Shown here: one piece after another, positions 24,413-34,097 of the stretch
Layout of the letters: each line of letters begins with the position of its first letter
Position numbering within the stretch: position 1 is the first letter of the stretch
From: a virus
Direction: 5' to 3' (one strand)
Virus record (IMG/VR): IMGVR_UViG_3300021960_000048
Coordinates: 1-64,000 of that record
Length of the DNA: 64,000 nt
Translations under genes and position numbers: made by a program
Notes under the pieces: model-generated
Databases searched by the model: none
What the model saw: the letters and a program-made list of their open reading frames with translations, nothing else
What the model was told of the DNA's origin: nothing

Positions 24413-26224
24413 CTACTGCACCGTTAAACTCGAAGCCAACCTCATAGTTGCTGCTATATCTGATGGTTGTTTACCGACTGTAATTGTCATAACAGAATCA
24501 GTTGTTGAGTATTCCCAATTCACGTCAAATATTTCTTGGCGACCTGCTAATCCACCGTCAACAGATGCAAAGTCCATTATGTCTCCCGCTCTCAAATCAA
24601 ATCGCTCTGGCAAGCCCTCAACTATCCATTGACTGTAAGCAATTCCTTGCCTCATCAATATCTGTCTGCCGAGAGTTTCAGCGTGTGCAACGGTCGTAAC
24701 ACTGTCGTCTTTGATGTATCTATGAACAGGTCTTTCTGAACCTAATGAAACAGTCGCACTAATGTTTAACCCTTCATTTTCAATTGTAACTTTGTTGAAG
24801 AAGTCATCATCGTTTGCATTTCTTTCAATCATTGTTGGATAAAAGTCGAGAGGAACTAATGTCTTTGGAACACGACCTGCTGTGTAAGGTGTCAATGTAG
24901 AATCGTGCAATTCTTTTTTCTTGGCTACGTGAATGTAACCATAAGCGTCTGCGTAGATTTGATATTGTATTGGCCCAGAGTTCACAAAACTCAGCAAAGT
25001 TTGGATTGCTGCGAGTCTTGTTTTTCCTTTGAACTTCAACCCAGTCGGTAATGTAAATGACAAGTCAGAGATGATACGAGCAATAGGTGGATTGTACGAT
25101 GAGTTAGCAACTATGGACTTGATGAGGGTAGCAATATTTCCATTTGCGTGTGCAGGTTGTTCGGTGATATATTCATTCGTCAAGAATCCAAGTGCGTCAA
25201 GACAAGTCAATCGAATACTTTCAGATGATTCTTCAATCCCTGCTACATATCCAGTGAATATCAATGGTGGGTTAGACCACATTCTAGGAGCAAGATGGAC
25301 TTGAATTGTTTCACCTATGGATGCTACGCCACTCCTTCTACCCGCAACTGATGAAATAGTGATTGTTAATTCTCTCGGTGTGTTTAGATTATCTTTGGAA
25401 CTAATTGTTCTTACTCCGTGTAATGGTCTACTACCATTTATCATTACAATTGGTGTTTTAGGTGTCGCTTCATCCTCTGATATTTGACCGTAGATAGTTC
25501 GACCAAAGACTTGTCTTGACCTAACGAAGAATACTTTGTGAGGCCAATTATTTCTTAGGTTGCCTAGTTGAAATTGCCTAGGTCTATTCATCCATTGAAG
25601 TCCTTCGGGATTCCAACCGCCGTTACTATAACCGAGTTTACCTAAGTTAAATGTTGGACTCGGTAGAACCGATGTTGGATAATTGCCTTCTGTTGGTCCA
25701 GTTGTAAATGCAAAACCGCCTCTTGGTCCACCGCCGCGTCTGCTTGTCAAATCGTACTGGTCTGGGAATATCGACGCAGATGCGTAGAGATAACCGAACC
25801 CATCATCTGCCCCGGTGTAGCCGTTGTGAAGATGAGGGTCGAATGGTTTTGGTGATGCGAGATTAGCATAACAGTGAGTTGTTGGTCCGGCTGTCGACCA
25901 TACATTTGAAAGACTGGTCATTGTATCGGGGTGTGGGATTAAACCAAGACCGAAGTCTGTTGGATAGTGGGCGGGTCTGTTTATGGTTTCTTTATCATTG
26001 ACATTCATAGAGTGTTCAGCGACCGTATCTCTTGCTCTATAATTCAACCACTGGACTTCCGCCCATGTTCGAGAAACGAATCGAGCAATTGCCGTTCTCG
26101 GCCTACGTGGGTCTTGCCCTAGTTCCTCAACAAAGTCTTTGAGATTATCCGGCGGAGTAATGACGAACTCATCGTCATCGGGGTCTCTAACGATACGAAC
26201 ATACCGTTCGGCTTCCTCATCCAT
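24413..26224 (-). CDS. Minor tail / baseplate hub-like protein
   Basis: PLIFTGYV...LTCLDALGFL, IYADAYGYIHV, LRAGD hub-like motifs; start MDEEAER is 29 nt after TAAATAAC (the track's upstream extension overlaps groES). Confidence 0.7.
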   Translation of the reverse strand: MDEEAERYVRIVRDPDDDEFVITPPDNLKDFVEELGQDPRRPRTAIARFVSRTWAEVQWLNYRARDTVAEHSMNVNDKETINRPAHYPTDFGLGLIPHPDTMTSLSNVWSTAGPTTHCYANLASPKPFDPHLHNGYTGADDGFGYLYASASIFPDQYDLTSRRGGGPRGGFAFTTGPTEGNYPTSVLPSPTFNLGKLGYSNGGWNPEGLQWMNRPRQFQLGNLRNNWPHKVFFVRSRQVFGRTIYGQISEDEATPKTPIVMINGSRPLHGVRTISSKDNLNTPRELTITISSVAGRRSGVASIGETIQVHLAPRMWSNPPLIFTGYVAGIEESSESIRLTCLDALGFLTNEYITEQPAHANGNIATLIKSIVANSSYNPPIARIISDLSFTLPTGLKFKGKTRLAAIQTLLSFVNSGPIQYQIYADAYGYIHVAKKKELHDSTLTPYTAGRVPKTLVPLDFYPTMIERNANDDDFFNKVTIENEGLNISATVSLGSERPVHRYIKDDSVTTVAHAETLGRQILMRQGIAYSQWIVEGLPERFDLRAGDIMDFASVDGGLAGRQEIFDVNWEYSTTDSVMTITVGKQPSDIAATMRLASSLTVQ

Positions 26225-26291
26225 GCTTATAGACGGTAAAGTAAAGTTATTTACCGTATGCTTAATATTACACTTAAGACTCGAACCACTT

Positions 26292-26558
26292 GTGAAAGTT
26301 CTAACACCGACAAAAGGATATGCCCTAGTGAAGAGATGGATTCCCGAACAAACAACAACAAGTGGAATAATTATACAAGACGAAGCAGCGTCATATGGCT
26401 TTGGAGTGATAGAAGAAATTACTCCTTTTAGTGGAGAAAGCCCATACGAAAAAGGCGCTGTTGTTTTGATAGAAAAAGACTGTGGGACTTCCGTACAGTG
26501 GAATGGAAATGTTTGCTTGATGGTGAAGATAATGCACATAATAGGGGTGGTTGAATGA
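26292..26558 (+). CDS. groES: Co-chaperonin GroES
   Basis: LTPTKGYALVKR...EQTTTSGIII (mobile loop)...IIGVVE; GTG start 30 nt after TTAATATT; ATGA overlap with groEL. Confidence 0.8.
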   Translation: MKVLTPTKGYALVKRWIPEQTTTSGIIIQDEAASYGFGVIEEITPFSGESPYEKGAVVLIEKDCGTSVQWNGNVCLMVKIMHIIGVVE

Positions 26559-28129
26559 AGAAGTCAATATTTGGTGAAGAAGCAAGAGAAGCATTGATGA
26601 GAGGAATAAATGAGGTTGCTAATTCAGTTAAACCAACTCTCGGACCTGCTGCTAGAACTGTAATACTAGAGAGACAATTTGGCTCACCAGTTGTAATTAA
26701 TGACGGTGTTACTATTGCTAAAGATATTGATATGAAAGAAGACCCATACGCAAATCTAGGTGTTCGTCTGATTCAAGAGGCAGCAAGTAAGGCTCAAGAT
26801 AATGCAGGGGATGGAACAACTACCGCCTCTATCTTAACTCAGTCATTATGCAACAAAGGATTAGTTGAAATGAAAACAGGTCGTAACCCAATACACATAA
26901 AGAAAGGATTCGATAAGGCAGTTGAGATAGCAGTAAAGTCAATCGAAGAAGCGGCTACCGAAGTCGATGATGATTCTTTGGTTCATGTTGCCACTATCGC
27001 AGCCAATAACGATGAAGCAATTGGTTCTCTGATTTCTCAAGCGTTTCAAAAAGTTGGCAGAGATGGAATTGTTTCAATCGAAGAGTCGAACGGACTCGAC
27101 ACAACTTTGGAAATTGTAGACGGTCTTGAGTTTACTAAGGGTCTCCTTAGCGCCCACTTCATAACAGACACCGAAAAACAAACCACGACGATGAAGAAAC
27201 CATTGATTCTAGTTACCGATGAAATTGTTAGAACCGCTCAAGAAATTGTTGATGTTCTAAATTATGCAGCAGAAATGAAAAGACCGCTTTTGATTATCGC
27301 AGCAAAGATGGAAGGTGAGGCACTTGCTACACTTGCCCTTAACTGTTCACGTGGTATCTTAGAAGTCGCAGCAGTTGAAGCCCCTTCATTTGGTAATTCA
27401 CGTGAAGAAATCCTAACCGATATTGCCACTGTTGTAGGAGCAATTCCGATTTTTGCCAGTAAGGGAATGTCAACTCAAAGGAACGGCATAGAATCACTAG
27501 GTGGTGCAAAGTCAGTTACTTGCTCGATGAAGAGAACAACAATAGTTGGTGGTCGTGGAACAGATGGTGATATTAAGAAAAGACAAGAAGCATTAATCGC
27601 TCAATCGAAAGAGGCTGAAACTGATTGGGAAGCAGAGGCATTGAAAGCAAGAGCAGGGAAGATTTCTGGCGGTGTTGCAGTATTACACATCGGTGGTAAA
27701 ACCGAAGCAGAGATGAAAGAAAGAATCGCACGTGTGGATGATTCATTGAACGCTACTAGAGCCGCTTTACAAGAGGGTATAGTGGTAGGTGGCTCTATCA
27801 TGTATCTACGTGCTAGAGACGAGATACTAGATGCCTCAGACGACCATGAAGGCGACGAATGGCTAGGTATGATGATGGTACATGACGCACTAGCAGAGCC
27901 GTTCCATCAGTTGTGTTTTAACGCAGGTGTTGATAGTGATGAAGCATTAGAACAAGTCATAGAAATGAACGACCCTAACTACGGTCTAAACGCTAAGACG
28001 TTGGAGTTTGGAGACCTCATTGAACAGGGTGTCATTGACCCTGCCAAGGTTGTCAAAAACTCACTGGAAACAGCCGCTTCGATTGCAGGGCTAGTCCTAA
28101 CAACCGAAGTGCTTGTCGCCGAAGTCTAA
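26555..28129 (+). CDS. groEL: Group I chaperonin GroEL
   Basis: TLGP, NDGVTIAK, AGDGTTT, APSFG, EGIVVGG, GVIDPAKV; lacks the GGM tail. Confidence 0.97.
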   Translation: MKKSIFGEEAREALMRGINEVANSVKPTLGPAARTVILERQFGSPVVINDGVTIAKDIDMKEDPYANLGVRLIQEAASKAQDNAGDGTTTASILTQSLCNKGLVEMKTGRNPIHIKKGFDKAVEIAVKSIEEAATEVDDDSLVHVATIAANNDEAIGSLISQAFQKVGRDGIVSIEESNGLDTTLEIVDGLEFTKGLLSAHFITDTEKQTTTMKKPLILVTDEIVRTAQEIVDVLNYAAEMKRPLLIIAAKMEGEALATLALNCSRGILEVAAVEAPSFGNSREEILTDIATVVGAIPIFASKGMSTQRNGIESLGGAKSVTCSMKRTTIVGGRGTDGDIKKRQEALIAQSKEAETDWEAEALKARAGKISGGVAVLHIGGKTEAEMKERIARVDDSLNATRAALQEGIVVGGSIMYLRARDEILDASDDHEGDEWLGMMMVHDALAEPFHQLCFNAGVDSDEALEQVIEMNDPNYGLNAKTLEFGDLIEQGVIDPAKVVKNSLETAASIAGLVLTTEVLVAEV

Positions 28130-28593
28130 GACATAAGTGAAGCCAATTGTTGCACACTTATTGTTCGCGCATTTTCGTATGGTGGGTTAGCGATAGGGTC
28201 GAACACCCAAGCCGCGTCGTCTCGGTAGTCGCAAGTCCAACCAGTGCCTTCGATGTGGCAGAGTGTTGATATTACGAACTGATGCCATACGTTGAAACTA
28301 CCAGACCATTTTTCACCTTCGTGGCTGCGGTGATTCCAGATAACAGTTTCATTAGGTTTAGTGTGGTCGGAACATACCCAAGATGCAGGGCGGTCGTCGC
28401 ACCAGTCAGCCCAGTGTTCTAAGACAGTCATACCGCAGAAGTAAACATGGTCGTCTCTAACTTCGGCTCTTTCAGAGCGGCCAAAATGCTCTAATGAGAT
28501 ATTTAACTCTCTAACGATGTATTCAGCCCATGTCTCGTCTTCTCTTGTCCAACCTTCTTGTCTTCGTGTCTGCCAGTATTCTCTTGCTTTCAT
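28126..28593 (-). CDS. Cassette orphan protein (Trp-rich)
   Basis: 155 aa behind a class-1 promoter, convergent with groEL. Confidence 0.75.
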   Translation of the reverse strand: MKAREYWQTRRQEGWTREDETWAEYIVRELNISLEHFGRSERAEVRDDHVYFCGMTVLEHWADWCDDRPASWVCSDHTKPNETVIWNHRSHEGEKWSGSFNVWHQFVISTLCHIEGTGWTCDYRDDAAWVFDPIANPPYENARTISVQQLASLMS

Positions 28594-28637
28594 GTTCTAC
28601 CGGAAAGGGTATTGGTATATAACATTAATTGTTCTAT
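28594..28637 (-). promoter_or_regulatory. Class-1 cassette promoter
   Basis: ATAGAAC-AATTAAT-GTTATATACCAATACCCTTTCCGGTAGAAC-ATG. Confidence 0.8.
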
Positions 28638-28649
28638 ACTTTCACAAGC

Positions 28650-31600
28650 CTAAAACCCATGTCGGTTTGTCGTACCTATGACGGCAGTATTGTCTTGGTC
28701 GCCTATGCGGGTTATCAAAGCCCCACTCCAAGGCCAGTACAAAGACGACCCTGCATGTGGTGTTCTGTACCAAGCCAATGGGTTAGTCGTCCAAGCCAAG
28801 TCTAGGTCTGCCGCATTATGCCCCCAAAATCTTTGGTAACGTAACTGTGGTGCATTGTGAGAGAAATCCTCACTACCTGCAAGAGTTTCAGCAGCACCTA
28901 GTATAGACCATTCTGTGCCATCAGTTTTGATTGAAGGTATAGATAACCAACGGACGTTCATAGAACGGATAACATTCTCATCAGCAGTAGCAGCATCAAA
29001 CTCAAAAGATGGAAGCCATATTTCCATGAAGTGAGAACGCTGTGTCCAAACACCAGTTGTAGCAGAGTAAGTTATTCCCCCACCTTTTACACTCGGCCAG
29101 TCGAGTGGATATACGCCATCATCTTCGGGTGTTGGTATTGTACTATATTCTAAGTTACTTCTCCATCTTACAACAATGTGAGTATTACCATCTCCATTTG
29201 TTGTCATTGTTATGTTGGACATATCAAATGGGTCTCCGCTGATAGGATGGAATAAATGTTTTACAGTTTTAGTTGTTGACGAAAGAACGTCTTTACTATT
29301 CATGGCCGTTATCATTACATCATTAGCAACCACGTCATTGACTTTACTTAACTTACATACAACAAGTATTCTATCTTCCTCGTTTATGATTGCATCATAC
29401 CAATCACATACATCAGCATCATTCTCATGTAAATAAAGTGGACTAGCGAAACTATGCACTGTGCCACTACCTAAGTCTCCTTGACAAGCATACACTTTGG
29501 CATTCGCTGTGTTGTTATCTTTTCTAAAGAAGATGAAAGGAATGTCGTCGCTTCTAAGAGCCAACTTAGGTGAGTCGATTCTACCACTTGTCGTATTGTC
29601 AACTGAAACCCATCTCCCATCATCCCAAGTTGTTGGACTGCCACTCGGAAGTGCAACCCAACTCGCATTAGGTTCTTTGATTGAATACACGATTGAATAT
29701 TCGGAAGCACTGTTACGGAAGTGTACCGCAGCCAAATGAAGCCTGTCCTTAGAGTCGCATACTAATGTCGGCTGCATCATGTTATCACCAGTGGAATACG
29801 GATTGTTTGTTGCCGAGATGTTTACGGGTGTAACCGCCGACCAGTCCCACTTATACACATGGTCGGGTGAAGATGCGACTATATTTCTAGTTGCATATGT
29901 ATAGAATAGTCTGCGTATCGGTGCGCCAGTAATTGTTGCTGAGTCGTCTCTTGCCACTTCTATTACAGCATGAATTGTTCCTAGACTATCGGAAGCGAAC
30001 GCTGCTCCGTATATCTTGTCATTACTATCTAAGGCCGAACTCCCTATCTCTGAGTTTAGTAAGACTTCATCGAGGCCACTTGTTGTTGAGCCAAGATTTT
30101 CCGCATGTCGATTCCAGAATAAATCTGAACCCGGTGGTTTGGTGTAATGTACGTACGTAGGTTGATTCCCTCGATTTAATTTTGTGCTAGGGCCAATTGT
30201 GAATTGATGCAATGTTCCATCGGGTGTTCTTAATATTCTTTGACCCTTACCGAGATACCCTTCTGTTGCACCTGTAGCACTTGCACTATCATTCATTTCT
30301 TCTCGGTTTGTAGTAACATGAGATTGTGAGGGTGTTGACCCTCTAGCATTGACTATACTACCACTATCCCAGTAAGGTCTTACGTGGTTTGATACATGGA
30401 CTTCGGTTGATGATTTCAACTGTTCAGCAATAGCAACCCAGTCTTTCTTACTAAGTTCTTGCGCCCTTGCTAATGTTACATGTGGTTGACCCGCAGTGTA
30501 GACTTTATCCCAGTCGTAATCACTGCCTGTCATAATAGGAATTGCACCCGCGTGGAAGTGGTCTGTTGGATGATTGACCCAAAACGCAGACAAAGAATTA
30601 CCACTAACGAATGGGCCACCTGTTAACTCATTCGGTAATAGAATATCATTGTAAAGAACATTACCACTGTTGGTTGTTCTTCTCCCTGTGTCAGCCCATA
30701 GATTAGTACGCAAGTAAGACTGGCCGATTGTACCGCCACTACCTGCTGCATCAAACCCAGACAACAAACCTGCTGCACCTTCTAAGTGAAGGGTGTCCGT
30801 TCTTGAGAATGGAGTTTCAAGTTCTAAGTCGAGACTTCCTTTTCCACCTGCTCTTGCTCGGACTTGGACTTGACCCGGTGCAAGTAGATGTAAAGGAATG
30901 TCGTAGCCTAAGCCAGCATGGACCTGTTTCCAAGTTCTATCAGTTCTGTACGGATGTGCTTGAGATGAAAGACCGTAATGAAGAGGGCCGAAATGTGAGA
31001 ACCCACCGAGAGGGCCGACTAATTGCCTAGCAGCATTTGTTGATAACAACCCCGCGAATGGTGCATCTGTATCACCCTCTGAGTACGACGTAGTGTCATA
31101 GGAACGTGTGTTATACAGAGCCGCAGGGAAAGCCCACCCCGCCCATCCAAACTCGCAGTATGGACTCGCAGATGAGCCGAAATCAGCAAAGCCAATGGTT
31201 GTAGGAATAAATCTAGTCTTTCTCAGATGTTGGTATCTATCAACAGCCCATGTATCTATTCCACTCTTCTCCGTAGTAATGGTGTCATACCCAAGATAAG
31301 AAACACGGTCAGTCATTTGTCTGTAAGGATAACCATGTAAAATAGAACCATCACTTAGTATGTGAGGGAGACACTTAGGTAAGACCGCATGAGAACAACG
31401 GCCTTCTGGATATGAGCCATATGTTATTGGTATCGCTCTTTGTGCTGATTCGGGAAACCAGTAAGCAATTCGAGAACCACTCCACCATGTATCATCTTCT
31501 ATCCAGTTTTGTGTTCCTTTACTTGCCCCATCAACGGTTGAATATTTTATGTCGAACATTGCCTTACCTTTACGCACCTTGCCGTTCTTTGCAGGGGTGT

Positions 31601-34094
31601 CCGACCATAATAGAATGAGACTTCTCGCACTTGAGTTAGCGACCATTTGTCCCCATGTCGGTACAGCACCGAAGTTTGTTCCTGTATAATTATTAGAAGT
31701 TCCAAAGTCTTGTACTGGCTCTGGATATTGAAATGCAGCCTCACCAGTGCCGCTCAGTGGGTCGCTTTGTTCACTTTCTATTGGGTTGCATGTACGTGCC
31801 GATGAATCATAATAGAAACCCGGCGGGCATGGATTAGAGAAACCATCGGGATTCCAAGGCCAAGGGTTAATGTCGGGAGTTGGATATTCCCCATTACTAA
31901 ATATCATATCTCGGTGAATAGCGGCCATCATCATCTTTCCATCTTCCATGATTCGCAATGACGAACAATGTAATGTTGGATGAAGTAACGATGCTGCGTA
32001 GGATGTATGGTCCGGGTGTTTGGCCCGGTCTTTTCTTTCTTGACCTAAGTATCTCATTAGTTCAACTTGAGGAAATACCCAATCGTGGATAGTCCATTGA
32101 TACATATATTCAGAGATAGAAATGCCAGTTCTAGTATCAAGAGATTCAGACTTACCCACTAATAGATTATACAATGGATTGTTTGTTGCAGTTGTAGTAT
32201 CTTCGGTGTATAGAGCGTCATTGTTGGCTGTCCACTTGAATAGTAGTAGTTCACTACCTCTAGGATTCCCTGCTGCTCCATCACCACCATCAGCCCATAC
32301 TTGCCCGTTGCCCCACACTGCCGAGTTGAAGTCCGAAGCGTCGATTGCATCTGCCCCTACAAGCAACTCTCCACCGTAAGCATCTGCGTCCCATAGATGT
32401 GAAATGCCACCCTGTTGATAGAATCCACCGGGTTCTACTGTGCCACATAACTTTGGTATTCTCGCCCATGATGGATTTGCTAAGGGTCTGAATGGTGTCA
32501 TCTGATGTAACCCCCATGCAGATTGTGTTACTTGTTTTGCTTGAGCGGTAGTTCCTAATTTAACACCTGTAAGTGTTGGGTCGAGTCTGAATATAGCATG
32601 ATAAATTGTTACGCTATCTTCGGAATAATTTGCTCGAATGTGAGACTGGGCTAATGTTGGTGCGCCCCTAGTATAGTCAACTGTTCCACCTGCTAGAACT
32701 CCCTTGGGTGTGTTAACAACTGATACTAAAATATGATAGTCAACAATTGGTTTTCTAAATGAAACGCCTTCGACTGTAACATTCTCATATCGAAGAATCG
32801 AAGGAACAACTTTGACACGGGTTGGAACTTTATCAGCAAGGAAGGTTGAGGATATTGCAGTTGTCTTAGTCCAAGCCCCTGTTCCTGTTATGTCTCCATA
32901 TATTCTTCCACCTGCCTGTGCTTGAACAGATGTTCGACTGCTGATTGTTGAAGTTCCATAACTCGTACTAGGAGCGGTTCTAATGTTCCTTCCTGTCATA
33001 AATGTAGTTTGGTTGTCATTGGTATCTCCAGATTGACCGGAGCGTCTAGCAGCAGTTCCTAGTGCTTCTTGTAGTGGAAATATAGGAGTACCGTCTGTGT
33101 AGTTATATCGTGAACCAGTGGCTAAGGAAGAATCGTCATACCACTTACCATTTCTTAGTAGGGTTTGACCCGAATGAACTTGAACATTCAACCCCGAATA
33201 TGTTTCATCCGATTCACTCTCTGGCACACTATGAAACGCAGTAACAACTAACGCACCTTCGTAGCCAACAAGACCACATGAATCTACAACAACGTGATTA
33301 CCTCTTTCAACTGCTCCAATGGAATACGGTAAAGCATCACTGCCCTCAACAACTCTCGGAACTTGAATGGTTGAATAGTTAGTGAGAATGTTAGAAGTTT
33401 CAGTAGCAGATTCAGTGCTTGTTGGGGAAGTTAACGATGTACCACTAGCCAATACGGTTTGTCTTGCGCCTAAGTTAATCCCCCAGTATGAAGAAGTTGC
33501 CCCACTCTCTTCTGCTCTATCAAACATAGCCATATCACTTACCGACTTATCTGAGCGGTCTGCTACGAAACCAATGACTGAATATGCGGTGTTGTGAAAC
33601 GACCCGAATGAAATCCCAAGCCCGTTCGATGGAAGGACTGTTGCTGCGTAATGAGCGATATTCAAAGGAGCGCCGTTAGTTGTAGTTCTACCCAGAGTCA
33701 ACTGATTATCTGTTGCAGGTATCGAAGTTGTATCTCTCTTGATAGAAAAAGTATGGTTAGCAGGTTGGCTACCTGTTTCAGTTCTTCTACTATGCGCCCC
33801 GAACCTACCTGCTTCGGTGAAAGTCATGACTGTCCCCGAAACTGAAACGCTAGTTGCAGTGTTACTATGATGAGAACCCGTTACTGTTATGTTTTCTATT
33901 TGAGATGTTTCAAGCCAACCCATTTCACTATTCAGAGATGGGGGAGAAATGTTTAGCAGTAAGTCGTTTGTTGTAGGTGGTTGTGAAGGAGACCATGTGT
34001 TGCGAAATGTACCTGCCGCATTAACAATAGAAGTCAAAGGGAGACCCGGTTCAGCACCAACAGGCGGTCTCATATCCACTGGGGAATAAGCCAT
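28650..34094 (-). CDS. Very large virion (tail tip/adhesin) protein, C-terminal beta-propeller-like region
   Basis: 1814 aa, S/T/G-rich; repeats such as FASDSLGTIHAV, LVCDSKDRLHLA and MTTNGDGNTHIV; tail module. Confidence 0.7.
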   Translation of the reverse strand: MAYSPVDMRPPVGAEPGLPLTSIVNAAGTFRNTWSPSQPPTTNDLLLNISPPSLNSEMGWLETSQIENITVTGSHHSNTATSVSVSGTVMTFTEAGRFGAHSRRTETGSQPANHTFSIKRDTTSIPATDNQLTLGRTTTNGAPLNIAHYAATVLPSNGLGISFGSFHNTAYSVIGFVADRSDKSVSDMAMFDRAEESGATSSYWGINLGARQTVLASGTSLTSPTSTESATETSNILTNYSTIQVPRVVEGSDALPYSIGAVERGNHVVVDSCGLVGYEGALVVTAFHSVPESESDETYSGLNVQVHSGQTLLRNGKWYDDSSLATGSRYNYTDGTPIFPLQEALGTAARRSGQSGDTNDNQTTFMTGRNIRTAPSTSYGTSTISSRTSVQAQAGGRIYGDITGTGAWTKTTAISSTFLADKVPTRVKVVPSILRYENVTVEGVSFRKPIVDYHILVSVVNTPKGVLAGGTVDYTRGAPTLAQSHIRANYSEDSVTIYHAIFRLDPTLTGVKLGTTAQAKQVTQSAWGLHQMTPFRPLANPSWARIPKLCGTVEPGGFYQQGGISHLWDADAYGGELLVGADAIDASDFNSAVWGNGQVWADGGDGAAGNPRGSELLLFKWTANNDALYTEDTTTATNNPLYNLLVGKSESLDTRTGISISEYMYQWTIHDWVFPQVELMRYLGQERKDRAKHPDHTSYAASLLHPTLHCSSLRIMEDGKMMMAAIHRDMIFSNGEYPTPDINPWPWNPDGFSNPCPPGFYYDSSARTCNPIESEQSDPLSGTGEAAFQYPEPVQDFGTSNNYTGTNFGAVPTWGQMVANSSARSLILLWSDTPAKNGKVRKGKAMFDIKYSTVDGASKGTQNWIEDDTWWSGSRIAYWFPESAQRAIPITYGSYPEGRCSHAVLPKCLPHILSDGSILHGYPYRQMTDRVSYLGYDTITTEKSGIDTWAVDRYQHLRKTRFIPTTIGFADFGSSASPYCEFGWAGWAFPAALYNTRSYDTTSYSEGDTDAPFAGLLSTNAARQLVGPLGGFSHFGPLHYGLSSQAHPYRTDRTWKQVHAGLGYDIPLHLLAPGQVQVRARAGGKGSLDLELETPFSRTDTLHLEGAAGLLSGFDAAGSGGTIGQSYLRTNLWADTGRRTTNSGNVLYNDILLPNELTGGPFVSGNSLSAFWVNHPTDHFHAGAIPIMTGSDYDWDKVYTAGQPHVTLARAQELSKKDWVAIAEQLKSSTEVHVSNHVRPYWDSGSIVNARGSTPSQSHVTTNREEMNDSASATGATEGYLGKGQRILRTPDGTLHQFTIGPSTKLNRGNQPTYVHYTKPPGSDLFWNRHAENLGSTTSGLDEVLLNSEIGSSALDSNDKIYGAAFASDSLGTIHAVIEVARDDSATITGAPIRRLFYTYATRNIVASSPDHVYKWDWSAVTPVNISATNNPYSTGDNMMQPTLVCDSKDRLHLAAVHFRNSASEYSIVYSIKEPNASWVALPSGSPTTWDDGRWVSVDNTTSGRIDSPKLALRSDDIPFIFFRKDNNTANAKVYACQGDLGSGTVHSFASPLYLHENDADVCDWYDAIINEEDRILVVCKLSKVNDVVANDVMITAMNSKDVLSSTTKTVKHLFHPISGDPFDMSNITMTTNGDGNTHIVVRWRSNLEYSTIPTPEDDGVYPLDWPSVKGGGITYSATTGVWTQRSHFMEIWLPSFEFDAATADENVIRSMNVRWLSIPSIKTDGTEWSILGAAETLAGSEDFSHNAPQLRYQRFWGHNAADLDLAWTTNPLAWYRTPHAGSSLYWPWSGALITRIGDQDNTAVIGTTNRHGF

Positions 34095-34097
34095 CTA

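Noticed and set aside
26225-26539. N-terminal extension of the 708-aa track ORF, and the 26139 start for GroES
   Set aside because: Each overlaps the other gene; TATA spacing supports starts at 26224 and 26292.
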